From Clostridiales bacterium UBA1206 (GTDB taxonomy: Bacteria > Bacillota > Clostridia > Oscillospirales > CAG-382): a DNA stretch of 64,000 nt. The notes under the pieces are model-generated. The model was given only the letters and a program-made list of their open reading frames with translations, did no database searches and was not told the origin of the DNA. The stretch is taken from NCBI GenBank assembly GCA_002310055.1, contig DBXS01000034.1, positions 69,153 through 133,152 of the forward strand, written 5' to 3'. The translations under genes were made by a program, and so were the position numbers. Shown one piece after another: positions 1-9,885 of the stretch (position 1 is the first letter of the stretch; each line of letters opens with the position of its first letter).

Positions 1-799
1 TTTTTTTGCCGTACGGGCGGCGCATCGTCTTGAGCACGCCGTCGCTCGCCGACTGGACCGAAAGGTGCAGATGTCTGCAGAAAGCCGGAGTCTCTTTTAT
101 TATGCGCACAAAATCTTTTGTAACGGTGTTGGGGTTCAAAGACCCCAAGCGTATGCGCTTCACGCCTTCGATCTCAGCCGCCTTTTTTATAAGCCTTCCA
201 AGCGCCGTAGAGCCGTAATCCGAAACTTCTATCCCCGTGAAAATGAGCTCCGAAACGCCGTCTTGAATAAGCCTTTCGCATTCGGCGAGGATATCGCTTT
301 CGCTTCGGTTATAAGACCTTCCGCGCAGTTTGGGGATAACGCAGTACGCGCATCTTCCGTTGCAGCCGTCTTCTATTTTCACGTACGCGCGGTAGCGCTC
401 GTTGGGGAGCGCCCCGGTGGTGCCGATATTCAGAAGCTCGTATGATGTTTTGATCCGGTATTCCGCAGACGCGCCTTCGCAGATCTCAAAGATCCTGTCG
501 CGCATACTGCAACCGCCGCACCACATCACGTTCGCGGGCATATTCCCGGTAAGTCGGCAAAGTTCGCCGTAACAGCCGGTGACTATCACCCCGGCGCTGC
601 AGCGCGAGGCGCGCGATATGGCGTTGCGCGACTTTTTTTCGCTTTCTTTTGTTACGGCGCAGGTGTTTATTATACAGAAATCGCACTTTTTGCCGAACGC
701 GACTTCGGTGTAGCCGCCGTTTACGAACCGTTCGCGTATCGCCTGGATCTCGTACTGGTTGACGCGGCAGCCGAGCGAGCAGAAAGACACCGTTTTCAT
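1..799 (-). CDS. mtaB: MiaB/MtaB-family radical-SAM tRNA methylthiotransferase, N-terminal part (3' end beyond window edge)
   Basis: Own translation of the minus strand from ATG (797-799): MKTVSFCSLGCRVNQYEIQAIRERFVNGGYTEVAFGKKCDFCIINTCAVTKESEKKSRN. The radical-SAM motif CNGRCAYC is encoded at 341-364, in frame. It is missing from the ORF track because it runs off the edge. The start overlaps the upstream stop (ATGA). Confidence 0.8.
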   Translation of the reverse strand, partial: MKTVSFCSLGCRVNQYEIQAIRERFVNGGYTEVAFGKKCDFCIINTCAVTKESEKKSRNAISRASRCSAGVIVTGCYGELCRLTGNMPANVMWCGGCSMRDRIFEICEGASAEYRIKTSYELLNIGTTGALPNERYRAYVKIEDGCNGRCAYCVIPKLRGRSYNRSESDILAECERLIQDGVSELIFTGIEVSDYGSTALGRLIKKAAEIEGVKRIRLGSLNPNTVTKDFVRIIKETPAFCRHLHLSVQSASDGVLKTMRRPYGKK

Positions 800-1398
800 A
801 AATCGTTTTCTCCTGCGGCATTTTCGAGCGCCGAGATATATTCGGGCTCCGTAAGGTTTTCGTTTATATATTCCATAAGCGCTTTTGCCGAAACGTTCTT
901 GGGTATCCCTAAGACAGCGCAAAGCGAAGCGCGCAGGGCCGCGCTGCCCGCGGAACCCGTAAGTTTGTCGGCATAAGCGCGCGCCGGCGTGAGGAACGCT
1001 GCCTTTTCGTTATTTTCGGGCAGGGAATACGGCAGCAGCAGATCGTAGAGCGTGTCTTCGTCGGTGCTTTCCACTCCCAACACGCCTTCCTTGCACACGT
1101 GATTGCGGCGGCTGTCCGACCCTACCACCGCCGGAGCGTAGACGTTTATTATTTTTATATTACCAAGCAGCGTCTTCAGTTTTCCGCGTATAAAAGTCCC
1201 CGCGTTGTCCGGGTCTGTAAGCAGGATAAGCCCTTCCTTGCCGCTCGCTTTGAGCAGAGAAATCGTTTCAGCGCTGTTGAACGCCGAAAAACCGTTCAGC
1301 ACTATGATCGGGGAAGACACCACGTTCGCAACGCGTATCTTATCGTACTTTCCTTCCACTACGACCGGGTACGAAAGCTTCAGTTTACTTCTTTGCAT
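796..1398 (-). CDS. Toprim-domain protein (RNase M5-like / DUF4093-type)
   Basis: 200-aa ORF. The N-terminus VVVEGKYDKIRV...LILLTDPDNAGTFIRGKLK fits the Toprim E...DxD pattern. Tightly coupled to the neighbouring genes. Confidence 0.65.
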   Translation of the reverse strand: MQRSKLKLSYPVVVEGKYDKIRVANVVSSPIIVLNGFSAFNSAETISLLKASGKEGLILLTDPDNAGTFIRGKLKTLLGNIKIINVYAPAVVGSDSRRNHVCKEGVLGVESTDEDTLYDLLLPYSLPENNEKAAFLTPARAYADKLTGSAGSAALRASLCAVLGIPKNVSAKALMEYINENLTEPEYISALENAAGENDL

Positions 1399-2416
1399 AA
1401 GACATTATCCTGTAAAGCGTTATCTCAATGACCGTATACGGGTCCGAAGCACCGGCCTTGACTTCGGCGTCGCATCTGCGGCATTCGGCGAGCGACTTCG
1501 TAATCGTTTCGGGCGAAAAATTCTTCATCGCGTTGAAAACGCGGTTGTACTGCCAGTCGGCCATCCCCAGCGCCTTTTTCACTTCGGCGGGCGGGACCCC
1601 GGTGCCGAGCGCCTTTTTGACTGCGGCCATATCGGTGAAATAGTTCGCCACGGTGCCGGAGATGACTTCGGGCGGAGTTTTGGCAAAAACCAGACCGTCG
1701 TAGACCTTCTTGAGCCGCGACGCGTCGGCGACGCCGAGACAGTTGACGATATCGTAAAGTTTGTAATCGTAATTCTCGCAGCACACCAGCTTGACGTCGT
1801 CAACGTCCAGCGCTTTGCCGTTGTAATACGAGCAAAGCTTTTCTATTTCGCCGTTCAATATATACATATCGCTGCCGCAGTATTCGGGCAGGAACTCCGC
1901 GCCGCGGCGCGTGATCTCGGCGCCGTTGCCGGTAAAATGCCTTATTATCCACTGGGTGAGCCTCGCGCCCGACTGCTTTTCAAAATTCACGCGTATGCAC
2001 GAGTCGTCAAAGAAATCCAGCACGTCGTTGGAACCGGGCTTTCTCTTTATAAATGCGTCCTCGGTCAGTTCGCCCGAGCGGTACACGAACACCACCGCGA
2101 CCCCTTCGGGAAGTTCCGAAAGTATATCCAGATAATCAGAAACGTCGTTTGCCGCGCCCGAAAACGGAAATCCGTATATCTCAATGATTTTCCAGGGCGA
2201 AACGAAAGAAGGCGTGTCCACCGCCACGGCGAGCGATTCGGGCGTTAACGTGCCCGGCTCGAAAACCACGTTGGCGTATTCCGCCGCGCTCTCTCCGCAG
2301 AAAGCGCGCAGTTTGCGCAGATAATGGTCTTTGGTATATTCCTCGTCGCCGTAAAAAACGTAGACTCCGGTTATGTCTTTAGATTTAAGTTTGGCTGTGA
2401 GCGCTTCGGCTGACAT
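1385..2416 (-). CDS. holA: DNA polymerase III delta subunit
   Basis: MSAEALTAKLKSKDITGVYVFYGDEEYTKDHYL... is a typical HolA N-terminus. The internal ATG at 2414-2416 was chosen because an AGGAGG sits about 9 nt upstream (2425-2430). Classic comEC-holA adjacency. Confidence 0.8.
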   Translation of the reverse strand: MSAEALTAKLKSKDITGVYVFYGDEEYTKDHYLRKLRAFCGESAAEYANVVFEPGTLTPESLAVAVDTPSFVSPWKIIEIYGFPFSGAANDVSDYLDILSELPEGVAVVFVYRSGELTEDAFIKRKPGSNDVLDFFDDSCIRVNFEKQSGARLTQWIIRHFTGNGAEITRRGAEFLPEYCGSDMYILNGEIEKLCSYYNGKALDVDDVKLVCCENYDYKLYDIVNCLGVADASRLKKVYDGLVFAKTPPEVISGTVANYFTDMAAVKKALGTGVPPAEVKKALGMADWQYNRVFNAMKNFSPETITKSLAECRRCDAEVKAGASDPYTVIEITLYRIMSYAKK

Positions 2417-2433
2417 ATTGCCGACCTCCTTTT

Positions 2434-4476
2434 TCAGGGTATTACGGCGACGCACTCGTTCCGCTTTATGAACGTGGCGTATCCCGCCGGGAATTCGTCG
2501 TAAACGCAATAGTAATGCGAAAAGATATCTATATCGCCTTTCGGCTGAGGATAGTACGTTGAAGGAAGGACTATCTTGTCGTACCTGTGGTATCCGTCGT
2601 AGATGTATTTTCTTGCAATGCAGACGGTTTCTTCGGGTGATGAGATAACAACACCGCCTTCGTCTATAAACAGCCTCATATCGCCTACGGTAAGCGCGAG
2701 TTCGGTATAGGATTCAAAAACGCAGCCTTCCCCGTGCGCGGCAAAGTATGACAAATCAAAATATTCCCGTTCGTCGTCCGTCTGCGGCTCGGGGACCGCG
2801 ACCCGTTTGGTCCCGTAGACTTTGGCAAAATACGTTATCATCCTGTACGAATTCTTGTTGAGTTTGGCGATCACCAGCGTGTCGCATCCGGCGAACCCCG
2901 CGGCGCTGATGACGTCGGTGGCGTTGTACGCGCTGCCGCTGTCTATAAAGACGCATTCGCCTTCGCTCGCGACCGCCGCGCCGTATCCGCCGAAAACGTC
3001 AGAATAATAAACGGAGTCGTTACGGATGATATATGGTATCGATACCGCCGAAACGAGCAGCACGGGTATCAGCGCGCAGGTGATAAAAAACGCTTTTTTG
3101 CGTATTCGTTTGTTAAGTATCAAATACGCCGCCGCGGCGAGGCCGCATATCGCGCATATCGCGGGGACGAGCGGAGGGTAAAACGGCGCGGATGCAAAGG
3201 GAAGCCCGGCGATAACGCGTATCGCGCCGGTAAAGATATGTGAAATAAACGAAACCGCGCTGCCTAAAACGTTCGCAGCGAACGGCATAACGCTTGATAT
3301 CAGGCAGAACAGATACGATATTCCAAGCAGAAGCGGGAACAGCAGTATGCACACAAGCGTGGAAAGCGGCGCGTAAAGCGAAAATCTGCCGAAGTTGTAG
3401 ATGATGACCGGCAGCGTGAATATCACTACCGCGAGCGAGGTTACGAACGGCGTAACGACGAGATCGAACAAAACCTTCTTGAAGCGCGTATCGGCTTTGT
3501 ATTCGTACGAGTTGCCCACGCAGATCATCCCGAGCGTGCAAAGGAACGAAAGCTGCAGCGAAAGCGAAGCGGTGGCAAACGGATCGAACAGCGTAATGAT
3601 CCCGAGCGCCGCGAACAGCGAAGTGAGCGAATCGCTCCGTGCCGATATCGCGGATGCGATGAACGTTATGCAGAGCATAAGTCCCGCACGTATCGCCGAA
3701 TACGGAAAATCGGCGACCGCGCAAAAGCAGAATACCAGAAAACACCCGGCGATACAGCAGACGTATCTGTTGCGTGTTAATTTCTTTATAAGCGAATAAA
3801 GGAGCATAACGACGATCGAAAGGTGCATTCCCGAGACCGCCAGCACGTGCGAAGCGCCCGCTTTTGCAAAGATCGCGCTGTCTTCGGCGCTTATATCAGA
3901 TCTGTCGGCTATCGTCACCGCTTTCACGAACCACGCGGCGTCCGGGTCGAGGTATTTATCGCACATATCGGCGATCCCGCGGCGTATTCGTGTGAAAAAC
4001 GAGCCGCTTTCGCCAGCGTACGAAGTCGAACCTGCAAATTCGTAAAATTCGCCTCTCGCGATCGCCTGCGCGTCGTCCGTCGGTATGAACTTGCCACGGC
4101 AGCGTATGATATCGCCGCAGCGGTAACCGGAGTTGCCCGAAATATAAACCTTTATCCCGTCGCCGCGCCGTATCCCGGCGTCGCCTTCAAGAGCCTTTAC
4201 CGTGGCGCTGCTGCCGTTGAAATAGGTGCTGACGTTCGACACTTCGGCGTAGATCGTGACTTCCGCCTGCGTTTCGGGCAGCCGTATCGCGGCGTACGCC
4301 TTTGTATAGGCTATCGCGATAAACGGAATGAGCGCAAGGATCACCGCGGTACGTATACGAACAAACCGTATCGCGCTCAAGAAGCAGCACGATACGGCAA
4401 GCGCGGCAAAACAAAGCGGGAAAACTACGCTGCCCGTCGATACCGTTATAAAGGCGGCGCCGGAAAAAAGCAGCAC
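2434..4476 (-). CDS. comEC: ComEC/Rec2 DNA-uptake channel protein (C-terminal metallo-beta-lactamase-like domain looks degenerate)
   Basis: 680-aa polytopic membrane ORF. It has an N-terminal OB-like region, a central competence domain (SGMHLSIV motif) and a C-terminal VFIDSGS... segment. Confidence 0.85.
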   Translation of the reverse strand: MLLFSGAAFITVSTGSVVFPLCFAALAVSCCFLSAIRFVRIRTAVILALIPFIAIAYTKAYAAIRLPETQAEVTIYAEVSNVSTYFNGSSATVKALEGDAGIRRGDGIKVYISGNSGYRCGDIIRCRGKFIPTDDAQAIARGEFYEFAGSTSYAGESGSFFTRIRRGIADMCDKYLDPDAAWFVKAVTIADRSDISAEDSAIFAKAGASHVLAVSGMHLSIVVMLLYSLIKKLTRNRYVCCIAGCFLVFCFCAVADFPYSAIRAGLMLCITFIASAISARSDSLTSLFAALGIITLFDPFATASLSLQLSFLCTLGMICVGNSYEYKADTRFKKVLFDLVVTPFVTSLAVVIFTLPVIIYNFGRFSLYAPLSTLVCILLFPLLLGISYLFCLISSVMPFAANVLGSAVSFISHIFTGAIRVIAGLPFASAPFYPPLVPAICAICGLAAAAYLILNKRIRKKAFFITCALIPVLLVSAVSIPYIIRNDSVYYSDVFGGYGAAVASEGECVFIDSGSAYNATDVISAAGFAGCDTLVIAKLNKNSYRMITYFAKVYGTKRVAVPEPQTDDEREYFDLSYFAAHGEGCVFESYTELALTVGDMRLFIDEGGVVISSPEETVCIARKYIYDGYHRYDKIVLPSTYYPQPKGDIDIFSHYYCVYDEFPAGYATFIKRNECVAVIP

Positions 4477-4528
4477 GCCGATTGAAAGCAGACGGTTGCG
4501 GATCAGACGTTATCAGTCCTTTGCTTTT

Positions 4529-4867
4529 TCAGTTTAATTTGACCGAAAGCTTGGTCCCGCCAAGCAGATGGAAATGCAGATGCTTTACGGTCTGACCGCC
4601 GTCTTCGCCTACGTTGGTTATTACGCGGTAGCCGTTTTCAAGGCCGCATATCTTTGCGATCTGCGGTATAGCCTTGAGCACTTCGTCTGCGGCGCAGACG
4701 TTACGGCAATCGATCTCGTCTATGGAACCTATATGCGTTTTGGGAACGATGAGCACGTGGACCGGGGCATTGGGATTAATATCCTTGAACGCGTATACGT
4801 GTTCGTTTTCGAATACCTTCGCGGAAGGTATCTCGCCCTTGATTATCTTACAGAAAATGCAATCCAT
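4529..4867 (-). CDS. HIT-family (histidine triad) nucleotide-binding protein
   Basis: 112 aa. MDCIFCKII... N-terminus and the HLHFHLLGG histidine-triad motif. Confidence 0.9.
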   Translation of the reverse strand: MDCIFCKIIKGEIPSAKVFENEHVYAFKDINPNAPVHVLIVPKTHIGSIDEIDCRNVCAADEVLKAIPQIAKICGLENGYRVITNVGEDGGQTVKHLHFHLLGGTKLSVKLN

Positions 4868-4870
4868 TAT

Positions 4871-7507
4871 TCATTCTCCTATCTGAGTCTTTATGACTCC
4901 GTAGACGGCGTCTATCGCTTCGCCGAGCTTTTCGGGGCATTTGCCGCCGCAGGAAGCGCTGTCGGGCCTTCCGCCGCCGCCGCCGCCCACTATGGGGGCG
5001 ATCGCCGAAAGCAGCTTGCCGGCGTTCGCGCCTTTGGTAAGCGCCGCTTTGCCGCAGCGCGCGGTGAACATCACTTTGCCGTCGTTGACTGTCGCAAACA
5101 CGGCCACGCATTCGGGATGCTTGTCGAGCAGGGAATCGGCGGAAGTGCGGAGCGTGTCCACGGGCAGACCCTTGAAGCACGCCTTGACTATCTTCAACCC
5201 GCTTATTTCGGAAGCGTTTCCGTACGCGTCGTCAATCTTGGCGAGCGCCGCGGAAGCGTTGGCGGCTTCTAGCGCTTTCTTCACGTCGCGCAGCTCCGCC
5301 ATTACTGAATCCGCCCTGTGCTCGAGCTCGTTAAGATTAGGCGCTTTGAGCGAAGTCGCCACGTTTTCAATCAGCTTTTTATCGGCGTAGATCTGCTCGA
5401 GTACGTTCATACCGGTGATTATCTCTATCCTTCTCACGCCGGCGGCGACCGAAGATTCCGAAACTATGCGCATAAGCCCGGCTTTCGCGGTGTTGTCGAG
5501 ATGCGTGCCGCCGCAGAGCTCGGCTGAGAAATCGCCCATACGGATAACTCTTACGGTGTCGCCGTATTTTTCGCCGAACAGCGCCATCGCGCCGGTCTTC
5601 TTGGCTTCTTCGACGGGCATTTCGGTGCAGGTGATCGCGTCGCCTTTGAGTATCTCTTCGTTGGCGAGTTTTTCTATCTGAAGCAGTTCTTCTTTGGCGA
5701 CCGCCTGCTGGTGCGTGAAGTCGAACCTGCCTATGTGTTCGTCGACGTACGAACCGGCCTGCTCGACGTGCGTGCCGAGCACTTTTCTCAGAGCCGCCTG
5801 GAGCAGATGCACCGCCGAATGGTTGCGCGCGATCGCGGCGCGGCGAGCGGTATCTATCTGCGCGTGCGCTTTGCCAAGAGCGATCTCACCTTCGGTGACG
5901 GAACCCGTGTGGATGAACTGGCCGTTGGGGGTCTTCTTGGTATCTGTGACGGTAAAAGTGCCGGACGCCGTCTTTATAACGCCGGTATCGCCCACCTGTC
6001 CGCCGCTTTCGGCGTAGAAAGGCGTCCTGTCGAGCACGATCGTGGCGTTGCCGCCTGAAGCGAGCGACTGGAGTTCGCCGTCTTTGATGATATAAAGTAT
6101 CTCGCAATCGCATTCGTTTTCTTTGTATCCTACGAATTCGGTCTTGAGCGATTTATCTATGAGCGCGTTTTCGTCGGTCCAGCCGAAATCGCCGAGCGCA
6201 AGGCGGGCGTCGCGCGCTTTTTTGCGCTGTTCCTGCATAAGCGCCTTGAATCCTTCTTCGTCCACTTCAAGACCCTGCTCGTCGGCGAGCTCTCTGGTAA
6301 GGTCTATGGGGAATCCGAACGTGTCGTACAGTTTGAAAACGTCAGCGCCCGGAATCGTGTTCCCGCCGGCGGCTTTGATGTCGTCAACTATTTTGTTCAG
6401 GATATTCAAACCGGAATCGAGCGTCTGGCTGAAACGCGATTCTTCGGCGGCGATGGTCTTTTTGATATAGTCGCGGCGTTCGGCGAGATTGGGGTACGCG
6501 CCCTCGTTTTCCTTGATGACCGCTTCGCACAGGTCGCAGAGGAACGCCCCCTTGATGCCGAGCAGTCTGCCGTGACGCGCGGCGCGGCGCAGCACGCGGC
6601 GCAGGATATATCCGCGCCCTTCGTTGGAAGGAAGCACGCCGTCGCCTATGAGGAAGGTGGCGGTGCGGATGTGGTCGGTAATAACGCGCAGCGAAACGTC
6701 GGTCTTGCCGCTGCCGCCGGTGTATTTGACCCCGGCGATATCCGAAAGCCTGAGCATTATATTGCGCACGGTGTCGACTTCAAACAGGTTGCCGACGTCC
6801 TGCATCACGCAGGCGAGGCGTTCGAGCCCCATGCCGGTGTCTATGTTCGGGTGAGCGAGACGGGTGTAATTGCCGTTGCCGTCGCCGTCGAACTGGGTGA
6901 ACACTATGTTCCAGATCTCGATATATCTGTCGCAGTCGCAGCCGAAATGGCAGTCGGGCTTGCCGCAGCCGTACTTTTCGCCGCGGTCGAAATGGATCTC
7001 GCTGCACGGTCCGCAGGGGCCGGCGCCGATCTCCCAGAAGTTATCCTCTTTGCCCAGCTTGTATATGCGATCCTCGGGCACGCCGGTCTTCATCCATATC
7101 TCTTTGGCTTCGTCGTCGTCCTGATAGACGGTTATATAAAGGCGGTCTTCGGGGATCTCGAGCACTTTGGTCAGGAATTCCCACGCCCAGGGAATGGCTT
7201 CGGACTTGAAATAATCGCCGAAAGAGAAGTTGCCAAGCATCTCGAAGAAGGTGCCGTGGCGGGCGGTCTTGCCCACGTTTTCTATATCCAGCGTGCGCAC
7301 GCATTTCTGGCAGGTGGTGACTCTCTTGCGGGGAGGTATCTTTTCGCCCGTGAAATACGGTTTGAGCGGCGCCATGCCGGCGTTGATAAGCAGAAGCGAA
7401 TTGTCGTTCTGCGGAACGAGCGGGAACGAATCCATGCGCAGATGTCCCTTGGAAGCAAAGAATTCAAGGTATTTTTCGCGCAGGACGTTTAACGATAATT
7501 TTTCCAT
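4871..7507 (-). CDS. alaS: alanine--tRNA ligase
   Basis: 878 aa. N-terminus MEKLSLNVLREKYLEFFASKGH, the editing-domain HSAVHLL motif and a C-terminal GGGGGRPD motif. Confidence 0.97.
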   Translation of the reverse strand: MEKLSLNVLREKYLEFFASKGHLRMDSFPLVPQNDNSLLLINAGMAPLKPYFTGEKIPPRKRVTTCQKCVRTLDIENVGKTARHGTFFEMLGNFSFGDYFKSEAIPWAWEFLTKVLEIPEDRLYITVYQDDDEAKEIWMKTGVPEDRIYKLGKEDNFWEIGAGPCGPCSEIHFDRGEKYGCGKPDCHFGCDCDRYIEIWNIVFTQFDGDGNGNYTRLAHPNIDTGMGLERLACVMQDVGNLFEVDTVRNIMLRLSDIAGVKYTGGSGKTDVSLRVITDHIRTATFLIGDGVLPSNEGRGYILRRVLRRAARHGRLLGIKGAFLCDLCEAVIKENEGAYPNLAERRDYIKKTIAAEESRFSQTLDSGLNILNKIVDDIKAAGGNTIPGADVFKLYDTFGFPIDLTRELADEQGLEVDEEGFKALMQEQRKKARDARLALGDFGWTDENALIDKSLKTEFVGYKENECDCEILYIIKDGELQSLASGGNATIVLDRTPFYAESGGQVGDTGVIKTASGTFTVTDTKKTPNGQFIHTGSVTEGEIALGKAHAQIDTARRAAIARNHSAVHLLQAALRKVLGTHVEQAGSYVDEHIGRFDFTHQQAVAKEELLQIEKLANEEILKGDAITCTEMPVEEAKKTGAMALFGEKYGDTVRVIRMGDFSAELCGGTHLDNTAKAGLMRIVSESSVAAGVRRIEIITGMNVLEQIYADKKLIENVATSLKAPNLNELEHRADSVMAELRDVKKALEAANASAALAKIDDAYGNASEISGLKIVKACFKGLPVDTLRTSADSLLDKHPECVAVFATVNDGKVMFTARCGKAALTKGANAGKLLSAIAPIVGGGGGGRPDSASCGGKCPEKLGEAIDAVYGVIKTQIGE

Positions 7508-7548
7508 TTGATATGCCTTTCGTATGCTTTCACATATAAATTCAGTTT

Positions 7549-7576
7549 ATTATAGCATATATTTCAAAAAAGTCAA
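7549..7576 (-). promoter_or_regulatory. sigma-A-type promoter for alaS (TTGACT-16-TGcTATAAT)
   Basis: The reverse complement reads ttgacttttttgaaatatatgcTATAAT, about 40 nt upstream of the alaS ATG. Confidence 0.5.
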
Positions 7577-7640
7577 CTGATTTTGTAGATTAAACGCCTT
7601 TGCCGTCCATTTATTTTCTCTTTGCCGCCGCCGCTTGCGC

Positions 7641-7669
7641 TTGACTTTTGACGAGCGTTGTGATAAAAT
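7641..7669 (+). promoter_or_regulatory. sigma-A-type promoter (TTGACT-17-TAAAAT, TGTGa extended -10)
   Basis: ttgacttttgacgagcgttgtgaTAAAAT, 30 nt upstream of the ATG at 7699. Confidence 0.45.
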
Positions 7670-7698
7670 GATTTTTCAGAAAAGGAGTGTGCAAAATA

Positions 7699-8919
7699 AT
7701 GGATAAACAACTGATCAAATCGTATCAAAACTATTACAGGAGCCGCCTGCTCGACGACTGTATCCCGTTCTGGATGAAGAGCGACCTGCTCGACAGGAAA
7801 TACGGCGGGTATATGACTAACGTGGACCGCGAAGGAAGAGTCTATAACGAAGACAAATCCGGCTGGTTCCAGGGTAGGTGCCTCTGGACTTTTTCGGCGC
7901 TCTGCAATAACTACGGCAAGCGTCCCGAATGGGTCGACGCGGCCGAGCTCGGCGTAAAATTCCTCAACGAAAAATGCATCGATACCGACGGCAGGATGTT
8001 TTTCACCCTCACGCGCGACGGCAGACCGCTCAGAAAACGCCGCTATATGTTTTCCGAAAGCTTCTACGTGCTTTCCATGGCTGAATACGGCCTTATGACC
8101 GGCGACAAAGAGGCGCTCAAAAAAGCCGAAGACTGCTTTGAAATGATGCTCAGATTATATCGCGATCCTTCGAGCGATCCTTATAAGATCACACCCAAAA
8201 CCTATGCTTCCACCCGCGCAGAAAGAGCTTCCGCCGTGCCTATGGTGCTCGTCTCTTCAGCGCAGCTTCTTCGCAGGTGCGATCCCGAAAAAGCCGAATA
8301 CTATACTGCCGTAACGCGCGAGATGGTGGATTCCATAATAAAATACCATTACAAGCCCGACCGTCATTGCGTGCTCGAGACCGTGGGCGCCAACGGGGAA
8401 TTCATCGATAACCCCGCCGGCCGCTGCATCAACCCGGGCCATTCTATGGAAAACAGCTGGTTCCTTATGAGCGAAGCCGTTTATTCCAACGATAAAGACC
8501 TGCTCGAAAAAGCGCTCAATATACTTAACTGGTCGCTCGAATGGGGCTGGGACAAACAGTACGGCGGCTTCATCTACTTCACCGATTGCGACGGCAGACC
8601 TCCCGAGCAGCTCGAACACGATATGAAACTCTGGTGGGTCCACGACGAAGCGCTCATCGCGACCTTGTACGCGTACGGCATAACCGGCGAACAGAAATAT
8701 TTCGACTGGTTCAAGAAAGTCCACGATTTCGCGTTCGGTCATTTCACCGACCACGAATTCGGCGAATGGTACGGCTATCTGCACCGCGACAACACCGTAA
8801 GCCACACTCAGAAAGGCTCTATGTGGAAAGGACCGTTCCATTATCCGCGTATGCTCATGCTTATGGATAAACTGCTCGGTATGATCGCCGACGGCAAACC
8901 AATGGAACCCATTCTTTGA
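7699..8919 (+). CDS. AGE-family (N-acylglucosamine 2-epimerase / cellobiose 2-epimerase-like) enzyme
   Basis: 406 aa from the ATG at 7699 (AAGGAG at 7682-7687). The (alpha/alpha)6 AGE-like sequence includes DREGRVYNEDKSGWFQGRCLWTFS and WWVHDEALIA. Confidence 0.75.
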   Translation: MDKQLIKSYQNYYRSRLLDDCIPFWMKSDLLDRKYGGYMTNVDREGRVYNEDKSGWFQGRCLWTFSALCNNYGKRPEWVDAAELGVKFLNEKCIDTDGRMFFTLTRDGRPLRKRRYMFSESFYVLSMAEYGLMTGDKEALKKAEDCFEMMLRLYRDPSSDPYKITPKTYASTRAERASAVPMVLVSSAQLLRRCDPEKAEYYTAVTREMVDSIIKYHYKPDRHCVLETVGANGEFIDNPAGRCINPGHSMENSWFLMSEAVYSNDKDLLEKALNILNWSLEWGWDKQYGGFIYFTDCDGRPPEQLEHDMKLWWVHDEALIATLYAYGITGEQKYFDWFKKVHDFAFGHFTDHEFGEWYGYLHRDNTVSHTQKGSMWKGPFHYPRMLMLMDKLLGMIADGKPMEPIL

Positions 8920-8968
8920 TATAGTTTATAAAAAAGCGCAAATTACCGCAAATTATTGTAAAAAACAC

Positions 8969-8997
8969 TTGATTTTTTGCAAAAAGTGTGCTATAAT
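8969..8997 (+). promoter_or_regulatory. sigma-A-type promoter for rpsB-tsf (TTGATT-17-TATAAT, TGTGc extended -10)
   Basis: ttgattttttgcaaaaagtgtgcTATAAT. It leaves a 5' leader of about 135 nt. Confidence 0.55.
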
Positions 8998-9138
8998 CCA
9001 ATGTCTTTTGCGGAAAATGCGCAAAAAATACACACACCGCTTTTCTGCCGCGGGTGCTTCGCCGGTCAATACGGCGGGGAATTACGGTAAATTCAAAAAA
9101 AGCGTGTGGCGGGCAAAGACCCGGAAGGAGAATATCCA

Positions 9139-9885
9139 ATGTCAGTTATTTCCATGAAACAGCTGCTCGAAGCGGGCGTCCATTTCGGACACCAGACCAG
9201 AAGATGGAACCCCAAAATGGCGGAATACATCTTCACCGAAAGAAACGGTATCTACATCATAGACCTGCAGAAGACCGTCAAGAAGATCGAAGAGGCCTAT
9301 ATGTTCATCCGCGACGTGGCCGCCGACGGCGGCACGGTGCTTTTCGTAGGCACCAAGAAACAGGCGCAGGAAGCCATTAAGGAAGAAGCCGAAAGAGCCG
9401 AAATGTACTATGTCAATATGCGCTGGCTCGGCGGCATGCTCACCAACTTCAAAACCATCAAACGTTCTGTCAACAAGCTTCATCAGCTCAACAGAATGAC
9501 CGAAGACGGCACCTTCGATATGCTCACTAAAAAAGAAGTCGCCGCCAGAATGAAAGAAATGGGCGACCTCGAAAAGAACCTCGGCGGTATCAAAGAGATG
9601 AAGACTCTGCCTTCCGCCATGTTCGTCGTAGACCCCAAGAAAGAAGCAAACGCTGTCAACGAAGCGCGTAAACTGGGTATCCCCGTAGTCGCCATCGTCG
9701 ACACCAACTGCGACCCCGACGAAGTCGATTACGTCATCCCCGGCAACGACGACGCCATCCGCGCCATCAAGCTCATCGCTTCCGTTATGGCAGACGCCGT
9801 TCTGGAAGGCAAACAGGGCGAACAGTTCACCGATTCTTCCGCAGAAGAAGAAAATGCAACCGAGGAGGAAGAAAACAATGGCTGA
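9139..9885 (+). CDS. rpsB: 30S ribosomal protein S2
   Basis: [38 protein letters not shown] upstream of the ATG at 9139. Confidence 0.97.
   Translation: MSVISMKQLLEAGVHFGHQTRRWNPKMAEYIFTERNGIYIIDLQKTVKKIEEAYMFIRDVAADGGTVLFVGTKKQAQEAIKEEAERAEMYYVNMRWLGGMLTNFKTIKRSVNKLHQLNRMTEDGTFDMLTKKEVAARMKEMGDLEKNLGGIKEMKTLPSAMFVVDPKKEANAVNEARKLGIPVVAIVDTNCDPDEVDYVIPGNDDAIRAIKLIASVMADAVLEGKQGEQFTDSSAEEENATEEEENNG

Noticed and set aside
7508-7640. Possible T-box or other leader upstream of alaS.
   Set aside because: A near-consensus promoter (TTGACT-16-TGcTATAAT) leaves only about 40 nt of leader. I saw no specifier-loop or T-box (AATTAGGGTGGTACCGCG-like) sequence.
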